Virus record (IMG/VR): IMGVR_UViG_3300027833_000015
Location: 1-64,000 of that record
Strand: one strand, 5' to 3'
DNA: 64,000 nt
Origin: a virus
How positions within the stretch are numbered: position 1 is the first letter of the stretch; each line of letters begins with the position of its first letter. Positions 46,216 through 55,404 of the stretch are shown here, piece by piece. The notes beneath the pieces were generated by a model, which was given only the letters and a program-made list of their open reading frames with translations, made no database searches and was not told where the DNA came from. The position numbers were made by a program, and so were the translations under genes.

Positions 46216-46223
46216 TATTTATA
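46216..46223 (-). promoter_or_regulatory. T4-type late promoter upstream of gene 18
   Basis: TATAAATA, intergenic. Confidence 0.8.
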
Positions 46224-46240
46224 CCGATTGCTATTTACGA

Positions 46241-46390
46241 TTACCAGTGGTGAATTGCATTGGCGATGATGAACAAGCAGGTAGAGAAATTCACCACAAC
46301 AATGATTGTTCGGATGACCGCAACCTTGTCTGCATCTGAGTCTGTGTTGCCAGTCTTCTCACCGACTGCCTTCGCCCAGAGATTCCACAT
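46241..46390 (-). CDS. Small membrane protein
   Basis: MW.LWAKA.GEK....D..AD.VA.IRT...T..FIIAN.I.HW, a conserved marine T4-like family pattern. Confidence 0.7.
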   Translation of the reverse strand: MWNLWAKAVGEKTGNTDSDADKVAVIRTIIVVVNFSTCLFIIANAIHHW

Positions 46391-46394
46391 ATGC

Positions 46395-48023
46395 TTACCA
46401 GTCATCGTCATCCTTATGCAACATGCTCCATGGATCCATCTTTTCTTCGTATGTGATTTCTTCTGTGGTAGTTTGCTGGAAACCAAACGGTGGAACGTCC
46501 TCTTCAATCTGTTGCATTCTCTGGTCGAACATCATCTTCTTGATATCGATGTCAGTCAACTCTTGGAACATTGTGGTTGATGTCAGGTATCCAAACATAA
46601 CAAAGTTCATAACCAAATCATCGTGGTTACCAGAAGATGCTTCGTACGAGGCACCTTTGACTTCGAATGTAGATATCTCTAGTATAGTGTTCTCGTCTAC
46701 GATGTCAAGTTTATTTGTCTCCATCAGGTCTTTAAAACCAGAACAACCAAGACGCTTTATCCTTCTAGTCATCTCAACACCAATGCCACTCGACTTTGTC
46801 ATTGACTCCATGTGGACATTTTCATATTCCATCTCATGATAGATGCCCTGACAAACCAAAGCACCAGCATCATTTGATTCAATTACAACGTATGCCTGAT
46901 TGTAGGAATTCGCCCACTTATAGATAATATCAGGAAAGAGCAATGGAGAGATAAGATTGTTGCGATAGACAGCGACCTGCTTGAAAGGTCTGCTACTAAT
47001 ATCGATGACGTTAAACGTACTAAAATCCTGCCCCCTACCTTTCGCCACGTCGACACACATGACGTACTGAGAACCATTGCGAGGTTCATCGTATACCATT
47101 AAGTCTCCACCCTCGAGGATCTGTTTTGGTCTTGAGGTCTTCAGGTTCAACAGAGTTTCTGGATTGATCAGAGTATCGCCAGTTCCGAAGAACGTGTTTC
47201 CGAATTCCTGATCGAACTGTAATTGTGAAGTGTTAGCAATAGTCTCTTGCTTCCATGCCTCATCACGTCCTGGAACGTCCCACCAGTCAACACGGAATGG
47301 TTTGAATTCATTCACGCCCTGTACCGCACCTTCCCATATCTTATGGAACGGATTACCAATACCATTGGCAGTAGATGTCACGATGACCTTTGTGTTCTTA
47401 CCAGAAGATACAACAGGGTACGTTGATGTGTAGAACTCTGCTGCCTTTTCAACGAACGCAAACTCATCCATGAACAGTAGGTTGACCGACTGACCACGAA
47501 TGGAAGAACCTGATGTGGCGGCAGCGAATACTTTCGAGTTGTTGCTGAACTCAATCGTGCCTTTGTTCAGAGTCTTACATCCAGGTTGTAGGAAGAACGG
47601 GAGGTTCTCGAGCATCAGGGTAACACGAGAGAGCATCTCTCTGGCAGTTGCGCCTTTGTTTGCTACCACAGCAATGTTCTTCTCTGGGTGGAAGAGAGCA
47701 AACCAGAGGATGTATCCAACAGATGAGATAGACTTACCTGACTGGCGGCATGCCAGCACGATAGAGAATCGATTGCTATTGAAGTGGTTGAACATTTCTT
47801 CCTGATACGGATAAAGTTCAAACGGAACAAGACCATCGTTGAGGTTGATTACTTTGAGGTGAGTGCGAGCAAAGTATGCAGGGTCTGCCATACACTTGGC
47901 ATACTCAGCAACCTTGTCTTGAGTCCAGTCTTCTTCAATACCATCTTTCTTGACATGGGGATTGCCAAGGTAACTGGTATCGCCCTTATCCTTCGTCGTG
48001 TCTACTATCTTCGATGGTATCAT
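46395..48023 (-). CDS. 17: Terminase large subunit (gp17)
   Basis: YLGNP, RQSGKS, DEFAFV, STANG, DVAKGRGQD.S, HDDLVM. Confidence 0.98.
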   Translation of the reverse strand: MIPSKIVDTTKDKGDTSYLGNPHVKKDGIEEDWTQDKVAEYAKCMADPAYFARTHLKVINLNDGLVPFELYPYQEEMFNHFNSNRFSIVLACRQSGKSISSVGYILWFALFHPEKNIAVVANKGATAREMLSRVTLMLENLPFFLQPGCKTLNKGTIEFSNNSKVFAAATSGSSIRGQSVNLLFMDEFAFVEKAAEFYTSTYPVVSSGKNTKVIVTSTANGIGNPFHKIWEGAVQGVNEFKPFRVDWWDVPGRDEAWKQETIANTSQLQFDQEFGNTFFGTGDTLINPETLLNLKTSRPKQILEGGDLMVYDEPRNGSQYVMCVDVAKGRGQDFSTFNVIDISSRPFKQVAVYRNNLISPLLFPDIIYKWANSYNQAYVVIESNDAGALVCQGIYHEMEYENVHMESMTKSSGIGVEMTRRIKRLGCSGFKDLMETNKLDIVDENTILEISTFEVKGASYEASSGNHDDLVMNFVMFGYLTSTTMFQELTDIDIKKMMFDQRMQQIEEDVPPFGFQQTTTEEITYEEKMDPWSMLHKDDDDW

Positions 48024-48366
48024 AATCTGCTTTCACTTCCTTCTCATTAATGTCTTTCAACATACGTTGCAGGTCTGTAGTAGAACCGATGAACACATTG
48101 GTGTCGCCAGCAGGTAGTGCTGCTTGCTTCGGTTTGTCTTCTTTCTCAATATTCTTTTTCTGTTGGTGTAGGTTCATCAACTGGCCAGAAACATCAGCAG
48201 TATCCTTCATCAGTTTAGCAAGGACTTCATATGCACGTGGGTGCTCAGACGCTTTGGCGACCTCAAGCATTTCTTCAACGCCATCCCTACCCTTGCAGAT
48301 CATGTCATACAGAGTTTCGCGAGCAAACTCGTAATCATTATCCTTGTCTTCTTTATCGTCACTCAT
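47986..48366 (-). CDS. 16: Terminase small subunit (gp16)
   Basis: DYEFAR, SEHPRAYEV, FIGSTTDLQ. Confidence 0.93.
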   Translation of the reverse strand: MSDDKEDKDNDYEFARETLYDMICKGRDGVEEMLEVAKASEHPRAYEVLAKLMKDTADVSGQLMNLHQQKKNIEKEDKPKQAALPAGDTNVFIGSTTDLQRMLKDINEKEVKADYDTIEDSRHDEG

Positions 48367-49007
48367 GACATCAACATTCCTTTAGTGTACAGAGTATATA
48401 GGGTTTCTACACCGCAGGCAAATGCAATGGAAACGCTCGCTCTATACTTGTCGTTGTTCTCTATTCCATGTACTCGTTCAGTGTCAGCAACATAACAGGG
48501 TGACCAACCAACAGACAGCGTTCCTCCTTCTGGTGGATAGAAAGTGAGAGGTGCCCAGTCTTCACCAGAGTATGGTGTCAGAGGCAGGAACATAACTGCT
48601 TTGCGTGGTTCGTTATAGATTTGATAGTCTGTGTGAGGCGACATGAAACCATTAGGTGCGCACCTTGATAGAATTATATACGACAGGTGCTTCTTTGCTT
48701 CTGGGTGTATCAGGTTATACAGTGTCCTGATCTCTGGTTCTTGACCGTTCCAGATCAAGTCAATGCCTTCGTTGGCAGGAGTGGTTCTTATTATATGTCG
48801 CACACTATTGACATGATCTAGGTCACGGGTCTGCCACTGTTCGATAACATCCCGAGTCGGGTCATCGCCTGACCAACTTGGTGCGGTATCGAGTTTGGAT
48901 TGTTTGATCAGAACTTCCCGCAATTCAGCAGGAAGTTCAGTGCCATCTACGTGGAAGAAGTAACCTTCTTCACGTGCGGGAGTGTGGTACAAATTGGTCA
49001 CTGTCAA
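48363..49007 (-). CDS. 2OG-Fe(II) oxygenase-like protein
   Basis: PHTD ... VHGIEN ... R.SVSIAF facial-triad pattern; start uncertain. Confidence 0.7.
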   Translation of the reverse strand: MTVTNLYHTPAREEGYFFHVDGTELPAELREVLIKQSKLDTAPSWSGDDPTRDVIEQWQTRDLDHVNSVRHIIRTTPANEGIDLIWNGQEPEIRTLYNLIHPEAKKHLSYIILSRCAPNGFMSPHTDYQIYNEPRKAVMFLPLTPYSGEDWAPLTFYPPEGGTLSVGWSPCYVADTERVHGIENNDKYRASVSIAFACGVETLYTLYTKGMLMS

Positions 49008-49767
49008 GTATGCTCGTCACAATAGTATAATCAGAATCAGCAGAGACGGGTAATGGGTTCGTTGTTACACGAACTGTTTCTGCATAGTCAGAGTCATTTG
49101 GCACTGTACCATCCATGGCATATAGATCTATATCTATGCGGTTGATAAGTGCAGTGTCATCTGCTTTTGGACCATAGAAGTTTATCTTCATATCAAACTG
49201 TAGCGTGTATATGATAGTCCGTCTTGCTTCCATAGCACCTTCAAAGTCATCAGTGAATGCGACTGACTGTAGAATGATAGGAACATCTTCTACTATGTCG
49301 ACATCAGAAAGAGGTTTGACTGACAGAGTGTACTGTGGACCAAAGTATGGAAGTATCTGCTCAACGACTTGCAATGCATCATCGTGCTGCTTGGCATATA
49401 TACTTAACTCAAACGAGATGATGTATGGTGTGGGTGAATAGAACTTCTTTCCATTTCCAGGAGTATCTCCTACACCCTTGAATGAGTTCATCTTCGGCAT
49501 CTGACGTTGTGCATCATACTGCATGTTCACTATCTCGAATGACATCCGAGGTAGTTTGATTGCGAGTTGCCTTTCATTGTCTTCACCGTTGTTCATCTCA
49601 GCAATGCGCTCGAGGAACTTACGCTGGGGAGCATATGCCAAAGGCACCTTCATCTGGTCGTATGTGGTTGAACCTTTCTTGCGAATGATATACAGGTTGT
49701 CGAACATCGCACCAAAGATGGCAACAGACTTTCGTACACGCTCGTTGTAGAAGTGCTTGCCGAACAT
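48970..49767 (-). CDS. 15: Tail sheath stabilizer/completion protein (gp15)
   Basis: FG.MF, VPLAYAP..KFL.R, LPRMSFE, QVVEQILPYF.P. Confidence 0.95.
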   Translation of the reverse strand: MFGKHFYNERVRKSVAIFGAMFDNLYIIRKKGSTTYDQMKVPLAYAPQRKFLERIAEMNNGEDNERQLAIKLPRMSFEIVNMQYDAQRQMPKMNSFKGVGDTPGNGKKFYSPTPYIISFELSIYAKQHDDALQVVEQILPYFGPQYTLSVKPLSDVDIVEDVPIILQSVAFTDDFEGAMEARRTIIYTLQFDMKINFYGPKADDTALINRIDIDLYAMDGTVPNDSDYAETVRVTTNPLPVSADSDYTIVTSILDSDQFVPHSRT

Positions 49768-50681
49768 TATATGATTCCTCCAAAGGGATTAGTCTCACTG
49801 AAGTCGAGGAACTCAAACGCAGATACGCTGAACGAGTCTACAGTGCCATCGGCACCTCCAGGACTTGCTGGTTGTATCTCCTGTAACTCTTGTATGAGAG
49901 TTGGGGTAGCAATAGCACCCGACTCTGTACCGATAACAGCAATGGATGGGGTGAATTCCCTGTACTCGCCAGTGTTGTTACCGACATGTGCAAGATACAA
50001 TTGGTTGTCACCGTCAGCAACGTCAGAATCTTTCCAACCAACAACCTCACCATTGACGATATGATTGGTGTGCGTCTGTGTGACTGTTTCGCCTCTGATA
50101 TAACCAACAGAAGCAGAGTCCATAGTCAACTGGTATTGGTACGCTGCATATTCTTCTATGTCGTCTACCTCTGGTACACCAGTCTCAAAGTCGGCATTGG
50201 TGAATTCAAACAACTCGCAACGCATCTTGAACACAGGCAGTTTGCCCAGTTGATAGAATGGGTTCTCGTCTTCCACCTTCATTATCTCGAAAGTAGATCC
50301 ACTCAGAGGCACGTGGATAAGGTCGCCTTCACGTGGGCGATAATATTTCTCTTCTGTTGTCTCTTGATACTTGCGTATCTCGTTGTTCCATCGTCGACGT
50401 GCCATGAGCAGGGTTGCTGCGTCACGTATCTCTACGCCAAACTTAGAGAATAGATCTCCGTCACCGTCAAACCCTTCGAGGTTTTCTAGGTAGACTTCAA
50501 TCCTGTATGCATAAGCAAAGCGAGAAAGAGTCTCATCATTGAATATCATATCACGTGCTACAACCTCGCGTGGGAGATAGTAGATGTCTGTTCCGAAGAA
50601 TCTCATGGACTCGATAATCAAGTCCTCATATAAATTCTGTTCAGAGCGAACGTTGTGTCGGAAATGTCTGGAAGTTGCCAT
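49767..50681 (-). CDS. 14: Neck protein (gp14)
   Basis: EQNL..DLI.ES, YYLPR, SKFGVEIRD, RPREGDLI, PFYQLGK. Confidence 0.95.
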   Translation of the reverse strand: MATSRHFRHNVRSEQNLYEDLIIESMRFFGTDIYYLPREVVARDMIFNDETLSRFAYAYRIEVYLENLEGFDGDGDLFSKFGVEIRDAATLLMARRRWNNEIRKYQETTEEKYYRPREGDLIHVPLSGSTFEIMKVEDENPFYQLGKLPVFKMRCELFEFTNADFETGVPEVDDIEEYAAYQYQLTMDSASVGYIRGETVTQTHTNHIVNGEVVGWKDSDVADGDNQLYLAHVGNNTGEYREFTPSIAVIGTESGAIATPTLIQELQEIQPASPGGADGTVDSFSVSAFEFLDFSETNPFGGII

Positions 50682-50684
50682 TGT

Positions 50685-51449
50685 CTATCCTACAAAGAAA
50701 TCAGGTGGAACTTCTTGCTCCAACCGCATGCGCTCACGCAACTCGGTTATCTCTGCCTTTGCTTCTTCAAGGATCTGACGACCAGATATGGTCACGCCAC
50801 CTGGAAGTTGCATACCTTCAAACTTGGACATGTTCTGACCCCACTGCTCTTTGATCAGGGCAGTCGTAAAGTCTTTTACAAACATATCATTCCAAACAGA
50901 ACTATGGGTGCTCGGGTCGACTGATTGATATACTTCGAATGCAACGTGCTTGCCTGCTACGAGTTGGCCATCTTCGATGTCACTGTGTATGTAAACTCGG
51001 TTTGCTCGTCGAGAGAAAGTGATTAAAGGGAGACCATTTAACTTCATGTCAAGCATAGCAAGGTGTTGCTGGGTCTGCTCGTAGTATGCCATACCACCTG
51101 TGCCGTACCCAGCACCAGTTCTATTTCCCATGTCGCTCATGGCGAACTGGTACTGGAAAGAGAAGAAGTTTGAACTGCCTATCATTGCGCTGTTTACAGG
51201 AAACATCTTCGTGACAAACAAGATGTGGGCAGGGATGTCGACATATTTGTTCGCAATATCATCCTCAGTCATCTGGTGCTCGTAGTAGACGCGCTCGGTT
51301 GCGTCACCGTGAAACTCTTGATAGACTTGAAGTGCGTCATCGACTTTGTCTTCTATCTGATCTTCATCGACGTTGATTTCGATGACAGGTTCACCGAGTC
51401 GTCGTAGACTATAGTCGATGAGTCCTTGCCTTGTAGATATAATCGCCAT
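50685..51449 (-). CDS. 13: Neck protein (gp13)
   Basis: LRRLGEPVIEINVD..Q, K.QWGQN..KF.G.QLPGGVT. Confidence 0.95.
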   Translation of the reverse strand: MAIISTRQGLIDYSLRRLGEPVIEINVDEDQIEDKVDDALQVYQEFHGDATERVYYEHQMTEDDIANKYVDIPAHILFVTKMFPVNSAMIGSSNFFSFQYQFAMSDMGNRTGAGYGTGGMAYYEQTQQHLAMLDMKLNGLPLITFSRRANRVYIHSDIEDGQLVAGKHVAFEVYQSVDPSTHSSVWNDMFVKDFTTALIKEQWGQNMSKFEGMQLPGGVTISGRQILEEAKAEITELRERMRLEQEVPPDFFVG

Positions 51450-51478
51450 TGTATTACCCTAGTATGTTCTGATAGTTC

Positions 51479-51486
51479 TATTTATA
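51479..51486 (-). promoter_or_regulatory. T4-type late promoter upstream of gene 13
   Basis: TATAAATA. Confidence 0.8.
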
Positions 51487-51975
51487 CTATTCGAAATTGT
51501 ATATGGATTCTTTTGCTCGCTCAAGTAGCAATCCAGAATTATACTCTTCCTTTGAGTAGTCCCAGCGGACGTAAGGAACACCAGAGTTGGTGGTCTTTTC
51601 CGTGGGTGTCATAGGTGCGCCATTGACATGGTTCATAAAACCAATGATCTTCTTGTCGTTGTGTCGGACAAACCCATGCATAGAGTCTATGCCTATGGTG
51701 TCGAATGCCCATGTCATGGCAAGGTAGATGCCAACGTCTCGGGTCTTTTTCTTTTGTGATTTTGAGAGAGGGTATGAGTGTAGTCTGTGCCAGTCAGAAA
51801 CAGCACTGACCTCAACTGTGTTGTTGGGGCAGTCTTTGAGGAGGAACATAAAGTAAACTTCGCCATGGACTGTGCCAACAAAGTATCTATCAGCAGTCCA
51901 TTGCCTCAGTGTTCCCTTTGAATCTATATACTTTTGAGCATATCCATCCCATTCATTATAAAAATATTTCACCAT
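51487..51975 (-). CDS. Hypothetical protein, GNAT (RimJ/RimL-like) resemblance
   Basis: WAF..IG...M..FV...D.....F....G C-terminal pattern. Confidence 0.45.
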   Translation of the reverse strand: MVKYFYNEWDGYAQKYIDSKGTLRQWTADRYFVGTVHGEVYFMFLLKDCPNNTVEVSAVSDWHRLHSYPLSKSQKKKTRDVGIYLAMTWAFDTIGIDSMHGFVRHNDKKIIGFMNHVNGAPMTPTEKTTNSGVPYVRWDYSKEEYNSGLLLERAKESIYNFE

Positions 51976-51981
51976 ATTATA

Positions 51982-52323
51982 TCAATCGAATTTACAGTCA
52001 CTCAACGCAGCGCGAACAATTTCAATCTTATCTATCAACCTGTCTATGTCCTCTTCCGCATGCTGAATTCGAACAGTCTGTTCAAAGTCTTTAGGCAGTT
52101 GTCCAAGATCTCCTCTTGGCCACAGAATACGAAACTCTGTATTCTGTTTTACCTGCCCTACAATACGAATAGAACCATCCTCAAGAAAATCTAATCTGCT
52201 AGTGATCAGGAAATACTGACCCAGAAACAAAGATATTAAGACGGCAATTCCAATTAGGTTCTTTAATGGTATCGTTAATTTTGTACCTTCGCTCAATGAG
52301 ACTGGTTCAATAGGATCATCCAT
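51982..52323 (-). CDS. Membrane-anchored hypothetical protein
   Basis: LSE.T.LTIPLKNLI followed by TM segment and coiled coil. Confidence 0.65.
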   Translation of the reverse strand: MDDPIEPVSLSEGTKLTIPLKNLIGIAVLISLFLGQYFLITSRLDFLEDGSIRIVGQVKQNTEFRILWPRGDLGQLPKDFEQTVRIQHAEEDIDRLIDKIEIVRAALSDCKFD

Positions 52324-54325
52324 TCAATAAATTACCAGCAAGGTCGTAGATGCCAATACCGTGGAACCCGTCTACCTTATCGGCATTCAGGTTTGTTACT
52401 ACGGTGCCAGAAGCAACGTCAGTCAGGTCGAAGATAGAGGCAGCAGCGATACGCGCATCTGCTCTGGCGTTTGTATAGTATAGTCTAGTGCCTTCACTCA
52501 GGTTTGTTGTAGACTTGGCGGTGAATCCTGCGTCGACTCTTGCGTCTGCTCGTGCTTGAGTATAGTATAGTCTAGTGCCTTCACTAATGTCTGTTGTTGT
52601 AATACTTGCATTGATGTATGCATCAACATCAGCATCGTCATAAGCAGCAGCAGAGGAGATTGTACCGTTTGCAGCAATACTGATATTGGTACCAGCAGTA
52701 AGTGAAGCGACAACGTTGGCAGTATCAGTGACATCTGCCAGTGCTTCTATGTCAACCAACTTGGTATTGAGAGCAGCGGTGAAATTCTTTTGAGTCAGTC
52801 CACCATCACCCACTGAATAGGTAGTGTCGGTCGAGGAGATTGTGCCGTTTGCAGCAATACTGATATTGGTACCAGCAGTAAGAGCAGCAACAACATTGGT
52901 AGTGTCAGTAACATCTGCCAGTGCTTCTATGCCGTCGAGTTTGGTTCCGTCTGCTGCAACGTCACGACCATCCACATTACCGCTTACGGTTATTGCTCCA
53001 GTAACATCCAGACCAGCACTTGAAATATTGACACGTTGGGTGCCACCAGTGCTGAAACCGATGACCTCATCACTTGGCCAGTATATGCCTGTGTTTGTGT
53101 CACCATCATTACACAGCGTGGGAGCGGTCACCGATCCATCAGATAATCTGATAGTTCCCTCTATCTGATTGACAGTGCTGCCTAGGAGTTTAATGCCCCA
53201 ATTTGTTGTGGTAGGTGTACCTGTAACGGAATACAGACCATGGTAGAGATATGCAGTAGTAATTTCACCAGCATTATGATCGATTAACGTCCTAGCACCA
53301 TATGCAGTGCCAATTTCACCTTCATTGTGAGTTATTCTACCATAGATACCATGTGCAGAACCGACACGCCCTGTGGTACCAGTGGTGCCGTTGCTGTGTA
53401 AACCATACACACCGTATGCATTAGTGATCTGATTGGTTGATGCAGCAGTACCGTTGTCCATCGCAGAGTAACCATACACACCGATCTGTACAGAATTCAG
53501 GGTTGCTCTATTTTGATCTGCTTGGCCATAAACACCATACACGGTTGTTGTATTAGTCGACACGTTGGCATTTGTGCCGCTTGTCTGCCCGAGGAAATAT
53601 CCTCCTATAACTACGTCATTGTCGCCAGAGGATGTAGAGGTGGCATAGATACCATATGCCCGACCTTCATTGCTGTTGTCACCACCAGTGTATGAGGTAT
53701 CAACATCGACCTGTATTCCGATGTGACTATGGTCAGCAGTAGCAGCATCATTTCCCGAGACGTTCAGGTCGAAAAATGCACCCTGGATCTGATTATTTCC
53801 AGTGGTGTAGTCAACCTTCGAATGTATTGACCTCGTGTTGGCAGCAGGGTCCAGGTCGAGTGTTTTGAAGACATCGATATCAGTGGCGGTTGCTGTGAGG
53901 GAAGAAGTGCCGCCTTGGGTTAGATTTAATGTGTTTGCTCCAAAACTCAGGTAGTTGTCAGCATCACCATTGTGAGAGAGTTTTGAGTTGATCTGTACAT
54001 CAGCAACATTGAATGTCATTGAACTCTGATTTAACTGGGCACGAATAGCACTAGCGACATAGAACTTCAGATTGGCGTCTGTTTTGTTACCCATTATCGC
54101 AGGTCTTGCGGTGCCTCCACCCCAAGCAATAATTTCATCTTCTGCGATGTTTATTTCGTTAGTAGTTGTTATGTCGCCTGTGAGTGACCCACCTGCCAAT
54201 GGGAGGTAGTCTCCAAGGGCAGTTGTGGTGGTTGTTAAATCTGTGTTTAGATTGGAAAAGTTATCGTCCAACTCAGCGAAAGTCAGTGCGCTTCCCTTAC
54301 CTGATCTTAATGTGAGTGTGGTCAT
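52316..54325 (-). CDS. Tail fibre-like structural protein
   Basis: LTLR..KGSALT.AELD.NF N-terminus, YLPLAGG, GxYG beta-helix repeats, DGRDVAADGTKLDGIE, EGT.LYYT.AR repeats. Confidence 0.8.
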   Translation of the reverse strand: MTTLTLRSGKGSALTFAELDDNFSNLNTDLTTTTTALGDYLPLAGGSLTGDITTTNEINIAEDEIIAWGGGTARPAIMGNKTDANLKFYVASAIRAQLNQSSMTFNVADVQINSKLSHNGDADNYLSFGANTLNLTQGGTSSLTATATDIDVFKTLDLDPAANTRSIHSKVDYTTGNNQIQGAFFDLNVSGNDAATADHSHIGIQVDVDTSYTGGDNSNEGRAYGIYATSTSSGDNDVVIGGYFLGQTSGTNANVSTNTTTVYGVYGQADQNRATLNSVQIGVYGYSAMDNGTAASTNQITNAYGVYGLHSNGTTGTTGRVGSAHGIYGRITHNEGEIGTAYGARTLIDHNAGEITTAYLYHGLYSVTGTPTTTNWGIKLLGSTVNQIEGTIRLSDGSVTAPTLCNDGDTNTGIYWPSDEVIGFSTGGTQRVNISSAGLDVTGAITVSGNVDGRDVAADGTKLDGIEALADVTDTTNVVAALTAGTNISIAANGTISSTDTTYSVGDGGLTQKNFTAALNTKLVDIEALADVTDTANVVASLTAGTNISIAANGTISSAAAYDDADVDAYINASITTTDISEGTRLYYTQARADARVDAGFTAKSTTNLSEGTRLYYTNARADARIAAASIFDLTDVASGTVVTNLNADKVDGFHGIGIYDLAGNLLNG

Positions 54326-54412
54326 TTAACCTTGCCCTTCGGGTTAGTATAGAATAATAAAAAAGAGTTGGGAGAAATTGCTCCCCCATAGAGTAGTGAC
54401 CCAGTCTCTTTC

Positions 54413-54790
54413 TTAGTTTGGTGCTTCGTATGTAAGTGAAGAGATACTAATTGTATCGCCATCGCCAATAATAACAGAAGACAATATGATGTCACCTGTG
54501 TTAGCAGCAGTGTTCGATACATCGCCTTGGAATACCGTGGCACCAGCACCAGACTTGACTACAAACTTTGATACTGTTCCAGGTTCGCAGTCCGTGTCGT
54601 CAGCAATCGAACCAGCAGAGGCGATGCCATTTGCAGCATCACCGAAAGCAGTTGCGCTGAATGTCAGTGTTGCAACTACGGCACTTGCAGTAGTTTGGAA
54701 TTCAATCGATCCAGCACCGCCATTGTCGATCTTATCAACAATCAGGTCTGCAATATCGTTACGAATTGTTGTTGGGTGTGTTACTGCCAT
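54413..54790 (-). CDS. Virion structural protein (putative)
   Basis: RN..AD, ATLTFS.TAFG.A.NG.A, G..I.ISSLTY.AP; located in late region. Confidence 0.65.
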   Translation of the reverse strand: MAVTHPTTIRNDIADLIVDKIDNGGAGSIEFQTTASAVVATLTFSATAFGDAANGIASAGSIADDTDCEPGTVSKFVVKSGAGATVFQGDVSNTAANTGDIILSSVIIGDGDTISISSLTYEAPN

Positions 54791-54792
54791 TT

Positions 54793-54963
54793 TTACTTCT
54801 CCTTGATACTAGGGTCACTATTTGCGATTGAACATTCAATCGACTTGCCTTGTTCTTCAGTTACAGGTATCTCTATAGAAACTTCTTCTTTGGTACCATC
54901 CTTACGAATGACAACAGCGGTTCCTTTCAACTTACCCAAACTACCTTTTGCTCTTATACTCAT
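54793..54963 (-). CDS. Small hypothetical protein
   Basis: Own translation MSIRAKGSLGKLKGTAVVIRKDGTKEEV...; directly after TATAAATA at 54964-54971. Confidence 0.45.
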   Translation of the reverse strand: MSIRAKGSLGKLKGTAVVIRKDGTKEEVSIEIPVTEEQGKSIECSIANSDPSIKEK

Positions 54964-54971
54964 TATTTATA
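54964..54971 (-). promoter_or_regulatory. T4-type late promoter
   Basis: TATAAATA. Confidence 0.7.
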
Positions 54972-54984
54972 CACCTTCGAGTTC

Positions 54985-55347
54985 TTAATCAAATTTACTT
55001 ACGCTGCGAGAAATAATGAGGTTCCCTTCAAGTATTCTCTCTACCATTGTCACGCCAGACCCAGGATCAACATACTCTACTTCCAGGTCATACACATAAC
55101 GTCGACGCTGCATAGCATCTGTCTGGGTGTTTGTCAACATGAACTCGATAACACCACCTGTTGATGGTGGTAGCAATGACGTGGTGAACGAGATCATCTC
55201 GCTCGAGTCAGCGTCATAACTTCTGTTGACATTACCACGGACAGTATAACCTGTGGTGTCTCTGGGAGATCCATCAGTGGATAGCATCTTGACTTGCCAC
55301 TTTATGTCTGACCCTTGGTCTAATTCTAAATCTTCGTACTGCGCCAT
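54985..55347 (-). CDS. BppU-N-like Ig-fold structural protein
   Basis: L.LDQGSD, D.TGYT, G.I...LT..QT......YVYDLE, RILEG...I...V. Confidence 0.75.
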   Translation of the reverse strand: MAQYEDLELDQGSDIKWQVKMLSTDGSPRDTTGYTVRGNVNRSYDADSSEMISFTTSLLPPSTGGVIEFMLTNTQTDAMQRRRYVYDLEVEYVDPGSGVTMVERILEGNLIISRSVSKFD

Positions 55348-55404
55348 TGTTCAGATCCGTTTTAATATATCTCTATTTAGTCATTCTCGAAACGCGAGTC
55401 CCGA

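Noticed and set aside
13127-48023. Inteins, introns or homing endonucleases in core genes (43, 46, uvsW, 20, 17)
   Set aside because: All have typical lengths and uninterrupted frames.
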